NCBI GenBank assembly: GCA_965223425.1
Contig: OZ245003.1
Location: forward strand, 928,001 to 992,000
Direction of reading: 5' to 3'
Length of the DNA stretch: 64,000 nucleotides
From: Nitrosopumilus sp.
Lineage (GTDB): Archaea > Thermoproteota > Nitrososphaeria > Nitrososphaerales > Nitrosopumilaceae
Under the pieces are notes generated by a model, which ran no database searches, was not told the origin of the DNA, and worked only from the letters and a program-made list of their open reading frames with translations. This document shows positions 1 to 10,400 of this stretch, one piece after another. The translations under genes and the position numbers were made by a program. Position 1 is the stretch's first letter; each line of letters starts with the position of its first letter.

Positions 1-140
1 AAGACCTGGTGGTATCTCTCCAAGAAATCGTTGCAGGTACTTGTATAGTGTCTTTTTGTTCCAGCATTTTTTATGCCGTCAAGAAACTTTTCATAGGGGA
101 TACCGTCCTGAGATATTGTCTTCAAATCAATTTTTAACAT
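1..140 (-). pseudogene. Probable N-terminal part of a tyrosine integrase, frameshifted, running off the window edge
   Basis: Manual translation from ATG 140 gives MLKIDLKTISQDGIPYEKFLDGIKNAGTKRHYT, continuing in a shifted frame as KYLQRFLGEIPP. This resembles the N-terminus of thaumarchaeal integrases and starts ~40 bp from an att-like repeat. Confidence 0.4.
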
Positions 141-176
141 ACGTTTTCCATGCCTAGAATCTAATTTAAGCACTCT

Positions 177-196
177 AAGGGTAATGGACCGGATGG
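177..196. repeat. att-like direct repeat of the tRNA-Val 3' end
   Basis: aagggtaatggaccggatgg (177-196) vs aaggggtatggaccggatgg (3653-3672): 18/20 identical, with a 13-bp exact core atggaccggatgg. Confidence 0.6.
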
Positions 197-619
197 TGTC
201 ACAGCCCACAGTGGGTTCAGACCGTCTTTTCATACGACGGCAGAAAGCGATTGGGGCGCTTACAATATCCCTATTTCTTATTTTTTAATCGGTGTTGGTT
301 AAAATAGTAATAACAAGAATATGGATACATGGATAGAGACAAAAAAAAGCCAGAAAGAGAATTTACCGTAATCCGACACAACCTAATGGTGGAGGCAACT
401 GCACCAAAGCGCCCAAAGCCTGTTGATACCAACACATCTGACTAGGTTCCAGCAACTTGCCCTTCTTTTCTTATGCCTTTGTGCACTAAAATCTGAAAAC
501 TTGGCATCTGACCTGATCATAGAAATCTGTGTTTATCAGTTTCTAGCTAATTGACACGATGTGTTTATATATAATTAGCTTAGGCAAAAGCTAATTATCC
601 AAACAAACATTACCAAATC

Positions 620-1892
620 ATGGGCATTTTGGGCGCCTCTCAAAAATATCTTACAACATGGCTTGTGGAATATACTGATGAGTTCTTTGTCTTGCTGTAT
701 TATGATATAGGGGGAACTGCAAAGTCTACTGCCAAAGAAGTCTTTGATCACGGCAGGAGTTTGGTACTTTATGGTGGCAGGGGCATTGGCAAAACGACTC
801 TTATGCAAGGCATACTGTGGCACGGATTAAAAAACCATGGAAATACGGGAAAGAAATTTCTTCCAGTAAATGTGGTAATTACGGGTGCAAATACGGTCAC
901 TACCATGAGTGATTTAGAAGACAAATTCTACCAATCTGTCTTGGAAGGGATTTACTTTACACTGCACGTAGAATCAAAGTACAAAAAAAATAAACCACAT
1001 GTTAGAAAGAATAACTCCATGGCTGGGGGCCGGAGCAATCACTGCAGCTGGAATGGTCTATCCCTCGGTGGCCCTAGCAGCAGGAATAGTACAAAAAGGT
1101 CTTGAAAACCTGATCAAAAAAATCAAAGTAGATAACATTGATTCATTAATTCTGTCCAAGGATGTAAATCCAAAGATAGTAGTAAATCAGGTCTTACAGC
1201 AGATAGAAAAAGACGGCATAATTCCCATATTTACGATTGATGAACTGGACAAAATAACCGATGATGGCCTGCTTTCTGATTTTTTTGAAGGGCAGCAGGG
1301 ATGGTTTCAAGGAAAGCGATGTTTGATTTCACTGTCTCACACATACGGACAGTCATTGAAGAACGCCACGATACATTCTGTAAAGCGGTTTTGTGCTGTA
1401 CAGGAGATCCATGGAGTTACTACAAAGGAGAATTTTGACAATATAATTCAAAAGCGCTTCCAGCTGGGAATCTCCGAAATTGAGAATAACAAAAAGGTTG
1501 TGGAAAAACATTCAAAGAACATCATAACCAATCATATCTCAACACAGATAATCAACAACTTTACCCCACACATCAACCTGATGCTGGAAGAGGTCTATAC
1601 AGGAATAAAAAATGCCCTAAGGAACAACAGTACTATTCTCAGGATTGATGACTTTCCAATATTGAATAGAATGGAGACAGAACATCCAACAGAGCTGGAG
1701 CAGTTGATTTTAGATGAGCTTGCAGGGGGTAAAAAACAGCCCAACGAGCTGGCAACCACCCTTGCAAAGAACCCATCCGTAATATCGCGCAGTCTTACCA
1801 AAATGAAGAAATCCGAATGGGTTGGTTCGGAGGGATCTAGGACAAAAAATTATTTTATCAAGCAGAAAGGCGAAGCTGCCAGACACAGATAG
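620..1892 (+). pseudogene. P-loop ATPase with C-terminal winged HTH, split by a frameshift in an A8 run
   Basis: ORF 620-1105 has Walker A GGRGIGKT. ORF 999-1892 has Walker B IFTIDELDK and a C-terminal HTH (ELATTLAKNPSVISRSLTKM). Removing one A from 983-990 joins the two frames (KYKKINHMLER). Confidence 0.6.
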
Positions 1893-1965
1893 GAAAAATG
1901 ATGGCTAACTGACTGCCAAGTGAACAGAGGAATTCAAAAAGATCAATTTCTGAGTTTTTTCAAAA

Positions 1966-3219
1966 TCATGCATCAAGACGGCTCCAATCCCTATCGTCTG
2001 TTCCGCCGGTGATAAACATGGCCCCGACCAGAGTCAAATCTCCCTCTTTTGTATTATCATCTTTGATGTTTTTTTCCTTTTCGTGCATTCCCATCTTGTT
2101 TCCAATCTGCCTTATTGATTCGACCAGATTTGCCACATCGTGATCATCATCATAATCTTTGAGAATGTTAGACACATTACTTTCCCATGCCCTCATATCA
2201 GGTGACTCTATTATGCTAAATATTTCACTGCCTTCTTCATCAGATAAAATTCCTGCAGAACCTGTAATCAAACCCATTATTCTGTCTATGCTCCTACGGT
2301 ATTGTGTATTTTCAGAACGCATTTGGTTTATGGTCTGAGTATCATTTACCATTCTTTGCCTTATTGCATCCCTTGCAATCTTGTCGATAAACAGCAACTG
2401 TTCAAAGGATTTACCATAATCTTCATCATCCATCGGCAGGTGCTTGTCAGTATCTTCTGTACATACTACTATCTTAAATGCGTCTATATCATCAATTACG
2501 GTTGCCTTTCTTGTCTTGTAATCAAATAATACTGCATGAAAGCGTCTCTTTGGATTCTCCTGAATATATGCTACAATTACCGTATTCTCATGTCCTTTTT
2601 TACCGCTTCTCCTTCCCATGGGAATCTTTAGCATTTGATCAATTCCAGTTTTTTTGACATACTGGTTTATCTCGTTTAATGGTGATATTGCAGGCATCAA
2701 GTCCGATTCATGTTCAAGTTTCTCAGCGGTGTTTTTTACATCGCCGTTGCCTGCAAACGCACGTATCTGATTTGCCGTGCTGCCGTTGAATTGTTTTGGA
2801 TTTGCACCTTCACCCAATATTCCAGTATCCAAACCTATTGTATCATCGATGGTCTCAATCTTTTCAATCAGCCTTCCCACAAGCTTCAACAGTTCGTCTA
2901 GTCCCTTGTCTGGAAAACATTCCCTAGAGTGTACCATATCATAACTGCTTGTGAGTCTGTCTATCCTACCTATTCGCTGAACTATCCTCATTGGGTTCCA
3001 CGGCAGATCATAGTTTATGACATAGTTGCAGTCCTGTAGGTTTTGACCCTCTGATAATACCTCCGTTGAAATCAAGATATCTGCCTGTTCTTCTGGCATT
3101 GGTTCGTCTTCTGTGGTGTTTGCCTTGGGTGCGAATTGTTTTATCATGTTCTGTCTGGTCTTTTTTTCAACCTCACCTGTAATCAGCAAGATCTTCTTTG
3201 AGGGAAACTTCTCTTCCAT
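1966..3219 (-). pseudogene. C-terminal half of an SNF2/SF2-type helicase, 5'-truncated at a MITE
   Basis: Helicase_C motifs STEVLSEGQNLQ and NYDLPWNPMRIVQRIGRIDR are present. The N-terminal ATPase domain is absent and the ORF begins exactly at the MITE boundary. Confidence 0.75.
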
Positions 3220-3318
3220 AGACCTTATGCGTAATCGACTAAGAATTCAAAATCAAATTGGTTTACTAAGGTAAAAATCATCTAGCAACATTAGTTTGAT
3301 CGATTACGCATAAGGTCT
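3220..3318. mobile_element. MITE family A, copy 1 (99 bp)
   Basis: Perfect terminal inverted repeats agaccttatgcgtaatcga / tcgattacgcataaggtct; no coding capacity; a second copy lies at 20252-20350. Confidence 0.9.
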
Positions 3319-3320
3319 AA

Positions 3321-3646
3321 TACACCACAAACAAGGGCATCCTGCCAGATGCACTCGTTGTCGAGATGCGCGAATCCTTTACACGCTCCGAAGAGCTGCT
3401 TGACTTGGAGATGTCAAAGGAGGATCCGATACTGGATCAAAAGCAGGAACTGCAAAACACCATACAAAACGCAACGCCAGACGAGCTTGGCTCCATGCTA
3501 GAGATGATTCAGGTTCTGAACATCGGCAAGACGGGCCAAGCCAGACGGTAGTTGCAGCAGACCAGGTCAAAGACATGTTGGTGCAAGGTTACAGGTTCAT
3601 AGGCGTACTGCCAGACGGACAGGTTGTTTTAGAAGGTACGGTTTGA
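3321..3646 (+). pseudogene. C-terminal remnant of an archaeal tyrosine integrase
   Basis: Translation YTTNKGILPDALVVEMRESF (catalytic-Tyr region typical of archaeal integrases), then in another frame the tail QTVVAADQVKDMLVQGYRFIGVLPDGQVVLEG. It ends 14 bp from the tRNA 3' end. Confidence 0.65.
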
Positions 3647-3660
3647 ACCCACAAGGGGTA

Positions 3661-3754
3661 TGGACCGGATGGGATTTGAACCCACGACCTTTGCGGGAAT
3701 TACTTCCTTACGCAGTGTGAGTGCGTCATCCAAACCAAACTAGACGACCGGTCC
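3661..3754 (-). tRNA. tRNA-Val(CAC) with a ~19-nt intron in the variable region
   Basis: Reverse complement has acceptor stem GGACCGG...CCGGTCC-A, anticodon arm ACGCA-CTCACAC-TGCGT and T-arm GTGGGTTCAAATCCCAT. An extra 19 nt containing the hairpin GGAA-GTAA-TTCC follows the anticodon arm. Confidence 0.92.
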
Positions 3755-3838
3755 AATAACTTTACAAAAACCAAGCTTTTGTGTCTTTAGATTCTGTAAT
3801 TACCTTGGCCTTTAGTACTGAAATTATATGATCTCCTT

Positions 3839-4087
3839 ATGTCCCTACAAGAGTTTGATGCTTTAATTGATAGAATGAAATTGGCATGTGAGTATGCTGA
3901 AAATCTTGGACAATACACTGATGCTGCTAAGGTTCTCTTTCAGATGAACGAGCAACTGCCTGATGATCTGCAGCTAACCCTTGACGAATTAGAAAATCAT
4001 GATGCTGCAAAATCATTTGTCACACAACACAAATCTGATATAAAATCTGCAATTGTGGAGCACAGGCAAAGACTGATGAGTTTTTAG
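3839..4087 (+). CDS. Hypothetical protein
   Basis: 82-aa ORF with host-like composition. Confidence 0.65.
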   Translation: MSLQEFDALIDRMKLACEYAENLGQYTDAAKVLFQMNEQLPDDLQLTLDELENHDAAKSFVTQHKSDIKSAIVEHRQRLMSF

Positions 4088-4089
4088 TT

Positions 4090-4257
4090 CTACTTCTTAA
4101 CGCCGAGATTTCTGTTCTTTAGTCTCAAGTATGGATTTCTGCATTTTCTACATCTTGTTGCCCCGATATCATTTCTGCATCCGCAGTTAAAGCAAATTCT
4201 CATCACAAGACGTGCTTGTTGCGCAATGCGTTTTTTTTCAGGGTCAGTAATTGGCAT
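4090..4257 (-). CDS. rpl40e: 50S ribosomal protein L40e
   Basis: Not in the ORF track. Manual translation: MPITDPEKKRIAQQARLVMRICFNCGCRNDIGATRCRKCRNPYLRLKNRNLGVKK (C4 Zn ribbon). Confidence 0.9.
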   Translation of the reverse strand: MPITDPEKKRIAQQARLVMRICFNCGCRNDIGATRCRKCRNPYLRLKNRNLGVKK

Positions 4258-4288
4258 TAGTCTTTCTCCAAAACCTCTCTCTTTTATT

Positions 4289-5206
4289 CTAATCGGATTT
4301 TTCCATCTTTCCTGCTAGCAATACAGGTACTTCTGCAGGTCTTTTTGCTACTGGAATGTTGGCTTTGTTAAACATGGATACCTTGGATTCAGCAGAACCG
4401 TAGGTTCCCATAACGATTGCTCCTGCATGCCCCATTTTTTTTTCTTTGGGGGCTGCTCTTCCTGCAATGTATGCTACAGTTGGTTTGTTAAAACCGCTAT
4501 CAATAATTCTCTGCGCTAAAATTTCTTCTGAATCTCCGCCAATCTCTCCTACAACCACCAACCCCTCTAAATCTGAAATGTCTTTTACCATTTCAAACGC
4601 GTCAATGAGTCTTGTTCCGTTGACAGGATCTCCACCAATACCTATTGTGATTAACTGTCCAAATCCTGAATTAGTTAACGCATCTGAAATCTCATAAAGC
4701 AGCGTTCCGCTTTTTGACAAGACTGCAATATTTCCTGCCTTGAAAGGCATTGGTGGCATAATTCCAACTTTGATTAGTTCTGGTATCATGATTCCGGGGG
4801 TGTTTGGCCCAATTACTATTGCCTCTTTTTGTTTTGCCAACCCCAGTATCTCCATGGTATCCCTAATTGGAACATGCTCTGGAATTGCAACTAGTAGTTT
4901 GATTCCCGCCTCTAGTGCATCTTTTGCGGCTCCAAGGAAGAATTTGGCCGGAACATAAATGATTGAAATTTTTGCACCAGTGGCATCTACTGCCTCTTGC
5001 ATGGTGTTGTAAATTGGAACTTTGCCGTCAAATTTCTGGCCTCCTTTGCCAGGTGTGACCCCTGCGATAACGTTGGTTCCATATGCTATCATGTTTCTTG
5101 CATGCAGCGAACCGTATGCCCCCGTAATTCCTTGAACGATCACACCTTTTTTCTCATAATCTGAATCCCCGGGTTTTCCTTTGAGCAGCTCAAAGATGTC
5201 AGTCAT
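4289..5206 (-). CDS. sucD: Succinyl-CoA synthetase alpha subunit
   Basis: VIVQGITG, GVTPGKGG, IGPNTPG and MGHAGAI motifs. Confidence 0.96.
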   Translation of the reverse strand: MTDIFELLKGKPGDSDYEKKGVIVQGITGAYGSLHARNMIAYGTNVIAGVTPGKGGQKFDGKVPIYNTMQEAVDATGAKISIIYVPAKFFLGAAKDALEAGIKLLVAIPEHVPIRDTMEILGLAKQKEAIVIGPNTPGIMIPELIKVGIMPPMPFKAGNIAVLSKSGTLLYEISDALTNSGFGQLITIGIGGDPVNGTRLIDAFEMVKDISDLEGLVVVGEIGGDSEEILAQRIIDSGFNKPTVAYIAGRAAPKEKKMGHAGAIVMGTYGSAESKVSMFNKANIPVAKRPAEVPVLLAGKMEKSD

Positions 5207-6308
5207 TTTTTATTCCCATCACTGCTGCGTTAATTGCCTCTTCAACTGAATCATAAATTTTGGTTCTAGAGCCCTGCAACATCTCTTGTGCTTTTTCTGA
5301 TTCTGCCCCCTTTAGTCTTGAAAACACTGGCAAATCAATTAGGTTGTTCTCATACGCCTTTAGAAATGCTTCAGCTACCACTGTTGTCTTTACGATTCCT
5401 CCGTAGAGATTTACTAGAATTCCCTTTACCTTGCCAATTTTACTAATCAAAGTCAACGCTTCATACACTGATTCTGTGGTTGCGCCACCGCCCACATCTA
5501 AGAAACATGCCGGCTTTCCACCATTGTCTGATAGCATGTCCAGTGTTGACATCACAAGCCCTGCACCGTTTCCGACAACTGCAATGTCTCCGTCTAGCTC
5601 CACTAACGAGAACCCGCTTTTTTCTGCCCTTTCTTCTATCTCTGATTTTTCTTGATACTTTTGTAATTCACCGTGTCTGAAATTACTATTGTCATCTGTG
5701 ACAAATTTTCCATCAAGTGCCACTATTGAATCGTCCTGCATTACTGCAAGTGGATTAATTTCTGCCATCTCTGCTTCTTTTTCAACAGTAAGCCTTGATA
5801 ATTTTTTCAAAGTATCAACTAAGCTGTCTGCTGTCTTTTCTTCTAACCCCATCTCTTTTGCAACTTCCCTTGCAACATCGTCTGAGACTTTTCCTAGTCC
5901 CACTTCTTTGATAATTTGATTTTTCACTGATTCGATTTCGACTCCGCCTTCAGCTGATGCAATAACTGTATAGCATCTTTTTGAGCGGTTCAGAAATAAT
6001 GACAAATACAACTCTTTTTTAATGTCTGCCATTTTCTCAAGTAAGATGGCTCTTGCCTTTTCCCCCTTGATTGTCAAATCCATGACTTGGGGATATTTCA
6101 GCTCAAATTCATCATCGTTTTGGCATGTTTGAATTCCTCCGGCCTTTCCTCTTCCGCCCACCGGAACCTGAATTTTAATCACAAATGGGTATCCTAGCTC
6201 TTTTGCGTGCTTTCTGCCTTCCTCTATGTTGGTGGATGCCTTGCTATCAAGTAAACTGATTCCATATTCCCGAAATAGCTCCTTTGCCTGAAATTCTAGT
6301 AAACGCAT
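5199..6308 (-). CDS. sucC: Succinyl-CoA synthetase beta subunit
   Basis: MRLLEFQAKELF, GGRGKAGG, EINPL, GNGAGL and FLDVGGGA motifs; overlaps sucD. Confidence 0.96.
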   Translation of the reverse strand: MRLLEFQAKELFREYGISLLDSKASTNIEEGRKHAKELGYPFVIKIQVPVGGRGKAGGIQTCQNDDEFELKYPQVMDLTIKGEKARAILLEKMADIKKELYLSLFLNRSKRCYTVIASAEGGVEIESVKNQIIKEVGLGKVSDDVAREVAKEMGLEEKTADSLVDTLKKLSRLTVEKEAEMAEINPLAVMQDDSIVALDGKFVTDDNSNFRHGELQKYQEKSEIEERAEKSGFSLVELDGDIAVVGNGAGLVMSTLDMLSDNGGKPACFLDVGGGATTESVYEALTLISKIGKVKGILVNLYGGIVKTTVVAEAFLKAYENNLIDLPVFSRLKGAESEKAQEMLQGSRTKIYDSVEEAINAAVMGIKND

Positions 6309-6348
6309 GCAAAAATCTTGAATTTTACGGTCTTTATTAATTATGATA

Positions 6349-6678
6349 TTACTTTAGCTGCTCCTCAAGAAAATCAATCATCTCCAAAAAGCGATCCTTG
6401 CTTTTTCTTAACAACTCTTGAGGATACTCTCCAATAGTAAACACTGATTGTTGATGAAAGCTTGGAACCAAGACTCCTCCTGATGTAACCATTTGTTCAA
6501 TCACATATCCCTTGGTAATGGTGCATACAATTTCTTCATACGACTTGTCATTTTCTTCTAAGGTCTGTCTGTACAAAACAATGGGTCTGTTTGTTTTCTC
6601 AACAATGTTTGAGCCTTTTTCTAACAGATCTGATAGATGCTGGATTTGCCAAGCATCCAAACTAATCTGTTTTACCAT
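6349..6678 (-). CDS. Conserved hypothetical protein
   Basis: 109-aa ORF co-oriented with sucCD. Confidence 0.7.
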   Translation of the reverse strand: MVKQISLDAWQIQHLSDLLEKGSNIVEKTNRPIVLYRQTLEENDKSYEEIVCTITKGYVIEQMVTSGGVLVPSFHQQSVFTIGEYPQELLRKSKDRFLEMIDFLEEQLK

Positions 6679-6792
6679 ATTCTTAATACATGATTTTTCT
6701 ATTTAACCGTGATAAAACAACGCATATTCACTCTTTGTCGTCAATAAAGTAACACTAGCCATGAATTGAAAATAAAGAAAGTGATTTGGCGT

Positions 6793-7377
6793 TTATGCCA
6801 TATCAAGCGCTCTAGAATGTTTTCTAGTATGCGGTCTTTCTCCGGCATACTTTCTTCTCATGTGTCCTGATGGTCGTCCATAGATTAACTCTAAGAACCA
6901 AGACTCGTGTTCGATCTCTTCGGCCAGAATATCTTTTGCAATATCGTATGTTGCAGGATCTTTGCCTGATGTCATTTTGCAAATTTTATCCCAGTTTACA
7001 ATTGCACCTTGCTCTGCCTTGAGACATTTTTCTAGAATTGCCTTGTGATCTGTTGGATTTGCTGGAAGTTGTAGGAACTCGCAACCAGAAATTTTGATAA
7101 ATTCTGTTGCGTCGTTTGGAAGGGCTCCGCCCAGCTGGTAGATTCTTTCAATACATGATTCAAAGTGGCTAAGATCCTCTAATCTTGCATCCTCGATAAT
7201 TCCTTTGAGTCCCTCACCTTCCATGCCTGTACAATGTGCTCTAAGATTGGTGAAATAGTAATATGCTGTAAATTCAACTGCAGCATTTTTGATTAGCTCT
7301 TTTACTAGCTCATCAACATCCAAGCCATTTTGTTTGAGGATATTAATTCCAACAACGTTTGGGTTTGAGTCAGACAT
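6793..7377 (-). CDS. Dps-like (DPSL) ferritin-family DNA protection protein
   Basis: AAVEFTAYYYFT, EDARLEDLSHFE and ILAEEIEHESWF di-iron motifs; start set at MSDSNP. Confidence 0.88.
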   Translation of the reverse strand: MSDSNPNVVGINILKQNGLDVDELVKELIKNAAVEFTAYYYFTNLRAHCTGMEGEGLKGIIEDARLEDLSHFESCIERIYQLGGALPNDATEFIKISGCEFLQLPANPTDHKAILEKCLKAEQGAIVNWDKICKMTSGKDPATYDIAKDILAEEIEHESWFLELIYGRPSGHMRRKYAGERPHTRKHSRALDMA

Positions 7378-7430
7378 TTCTTTGTACAATTATTGATTGC
7401 AATAAAAATATTACATTGGATTCCAACAAG

Positions 7431-10400
7431 CTATTCTACAGATATTCTGATTTTCTGACCGTCAATATCCTCGTCTTTGCATTCCTTACGGGATTCTGTA
7501 AAATTCACTTGCTTTACTCTGACTAAAAATGCCAGTTCTTCTGCTTTGTCTTTTAACATTTCAAGCGATTCCTCATCTAAATCTAGAATTGACGCAACGC
7601 CTAGTACATCAGTTGGGCTAAACCCCCTCTCTTTTCTAAGCGTTTGAATCCTTCTTGCAACGTCTTTTACCAATCCTTTTGCCATCATCTCTCTGTCTCG
7701 CGCAGTTGAAATAAACACAATGTAGTTGTCTCTTTTTGATACTGCAAAGTTTTCATCTGCATCAAAATCTACTACAAAGTCCTCGCTGTCCAATGAAATG
7801 GTTTCCCCGCCAACATCAAAATCATATTTTCCATCTTTTTGTAACGATGAAATAATTTCTTCAGGATTCGTTTCAGAAAACATTGCGACTAGTTTTCCCA
7901 CGTGCTGCTTTGCTTTTGGCCCTATTCTTTTTCTTTCTAACTCCATCACAGCTTTGACAGGCAATCCTAATTGTTTTAATTCCAAGATTTGTTCCAGTCC
8001 CGACTCTTTTTCTGTTTCGACAATGCTGAACTTTTCTACGTTCAGCTGGCTTTGTAACAAGTCAGACAATGACTCTAGTTTATTTTTCTGATCTTTTCTT
8101 ACGCAAATTTGTGCTTCATTTAACGGCCATCTTCTCTTTAGTTTTACTTTCGTTCTTGCAGCAGATGATACAGACACCACATCTTTCATGATGTCAAATG
8201 ACTCTTCAATCTCTTTGTTTACAAGTGATTCCTGATATTGAGGCCACTTGTCAAGCAGAATGCTTTGTTTTTCATCAAAGACTGTTTGATAGAGGTATTC
8301 ACTTGAAAATGGACAAAATGGATGAATCAGAATGTCTAGAGTTTTGAGTACCTTGCTTAGTACTGCGTAAATTGACAGTCTCCTGCTTTTCTTCTCTTCG
8401 TCCTCGTCCCACAATTCTTCTTTTGTAATTGGGATGTACACTTTGCTTAGATTATTTATGATAAAATCATCGACTGCTTTGGCACTTTCATGGAATCTGC
8501 AGGTTTGATTTTTTTCTGTAATTTTTTGGACCAGTTTTTCAAGTTTTGATAAGAGCCAGATGTCTGGGGATGTCAGCAGATTCTCTTGTTTTGCCCATTT
8601 AATGGTGGTCTTTGACTGCTCAAAGTTGTCATATTCGCTATTTTGCTTAAAGTAGAGATGTATGTTGAATAACGTGTTAATTACCTGATATGGCCTTGAC
8701 ATTAGCTCATCTGTACTGAAACTTAGCGGCTCAATCGGGCTTGCCTTCCACATGAAATAAAACCGTACGAGATCTGCTGGGTATTTTTGCAGCAAATCTG
8801 CCCCCTCCAAAACGTTTCCTTTGCTTTTGCTCATTTTGCCCCCTTTTTCATCAAGAACATGCCCTTGAAACAAAAATGCACTGTAAGGTGGGGCTGGCCC
8901 ATTGTTTAGGATTACATTTTCAACAAGTAGAGTGTATGCCCAGCCCCGGGTCTGATCAATCCCTTCGGTAAAAAATGGTGCAGGAATTTCTTTTGAATAT
9001 TCCTCATCTGTCAATGATGCATATGGTGCAGAACCACTGTTGTGCCATGTGTCTAAAACGTATTCTTCTCTTTTGGTTTTAGTACTGTTACATTTTTTGC
9101 ATTTTATCGCAATGTTGTCAATCCATGGTCTGTGTAATTCAAAATCTGGGCCATCTGGCAGATCATCTGCCGCATCAACTATCTCTTTTCTTGAAAAGAG
9201 CCAATTTTTTTCGCCACAGTCCTTACAGCCCCACACAGGTAATGGACATCCCCAAACCCTTTCTCGTGAGATGCACCAAGGATGCCTCTCTTTGACTATC
9301 CCTAGGAATCTGTTTTTTGGCTGTTCAAAAAAGTACTCTACACTTTCTGCAGCATCAACTGCTTTGCTGTCCAGTCGATCCAGCTTGTAAAACCAGCCTT
9401 TTCTGGCAAGCCAAACAATGGGATGGTGTGATCTCCAACACAGTGGATACTTGTGTCTTATTTTCCCAATTCTTACAAGGGCGTTGCACTCTTTTAGATC
9501 TTCAACAATAGTTTTGTCTGCATCTCTGACAAACATTCCTGAATATTTGCCTGCTTGAGAAGTAAATTTTACTTCATCATCAATGGGGCTAAAAATTTTG
9601 ACATTTCTTTTGTTTGCTATTTTGATATCCTCTTCACCGTTTGCAGGAGACAAGTGAACCAGGCCACTACCGGTGCTGGCATCCACAAATGTTTCTGAAA
9701 CTGCTACATGATAATTATCCAATTTTGAATGCTCTTTTAATTCTGGAATTAAACCCAGCAACGGATGAATGTATTTTTTACCTTCAAATTCTGACCCTTT
9801 TGCAGTTTTTTCAATTTTATAGTCTTCAATTTTTACTTCTGCCATGAATTCTTCTAGTCTATTTTTTCCAACAACCCAAGTCTCGCTCTCTACTTTGACA
9901 TAAACATAGTCTTCTTCTGGTTGTAGGCCAACCATTGCATCTGTGACTAGAGTAAATGGCATTGTGGTCCACACAATCAGACATGCGTCTTCATCTACTA
10001 GTTTTACTTTGTAAAATAATGAAGGATCTTTTACTTCCTCATACCCTTGATTTACTTCTGCATGACTTAATGATGTCTGGCAGCTTGGACAATATGCAAT
10101 TACTGTAAAGTCTTCTTCTAAAATCCCATTCTCATGTGCTTTTTTTAGAATCTGCCACTCTCTTTCAATAAATTCATCTCTAAATGTCCAATATGCTTTC
10201 TCATGATTAAATGACATGCCAAGTAATTCATCAACTTCCACCCATGTTTTGTTGTATTTTTCTACAACTTTTTTGCATTCGGCAACAATTCTCTCAATCC
10301 CAAATTGCTTTATGGCTTCAGTCTTTCCTCCTGTGACTCCCAATTCTTTTTCCACCTGTAACTCCACTGGAAGACCCTGTGTGTCCCACCCTCCATTGAA

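Noticed and set aside
329-445. 38-aa ORF MDRDKKKPEREF... inside the island
   Set aside because: No recognisable motif; cannot be distinguished from a chance ORF.
3219-3319. MITE-A as an IS630/TA-targeting MITE
   Set aside because: Copy 1 appears to end in TA, but copy 2 shows AGACC termini with a 3-bp AGA duplication, which fits the IS5/ISL2-type element better.
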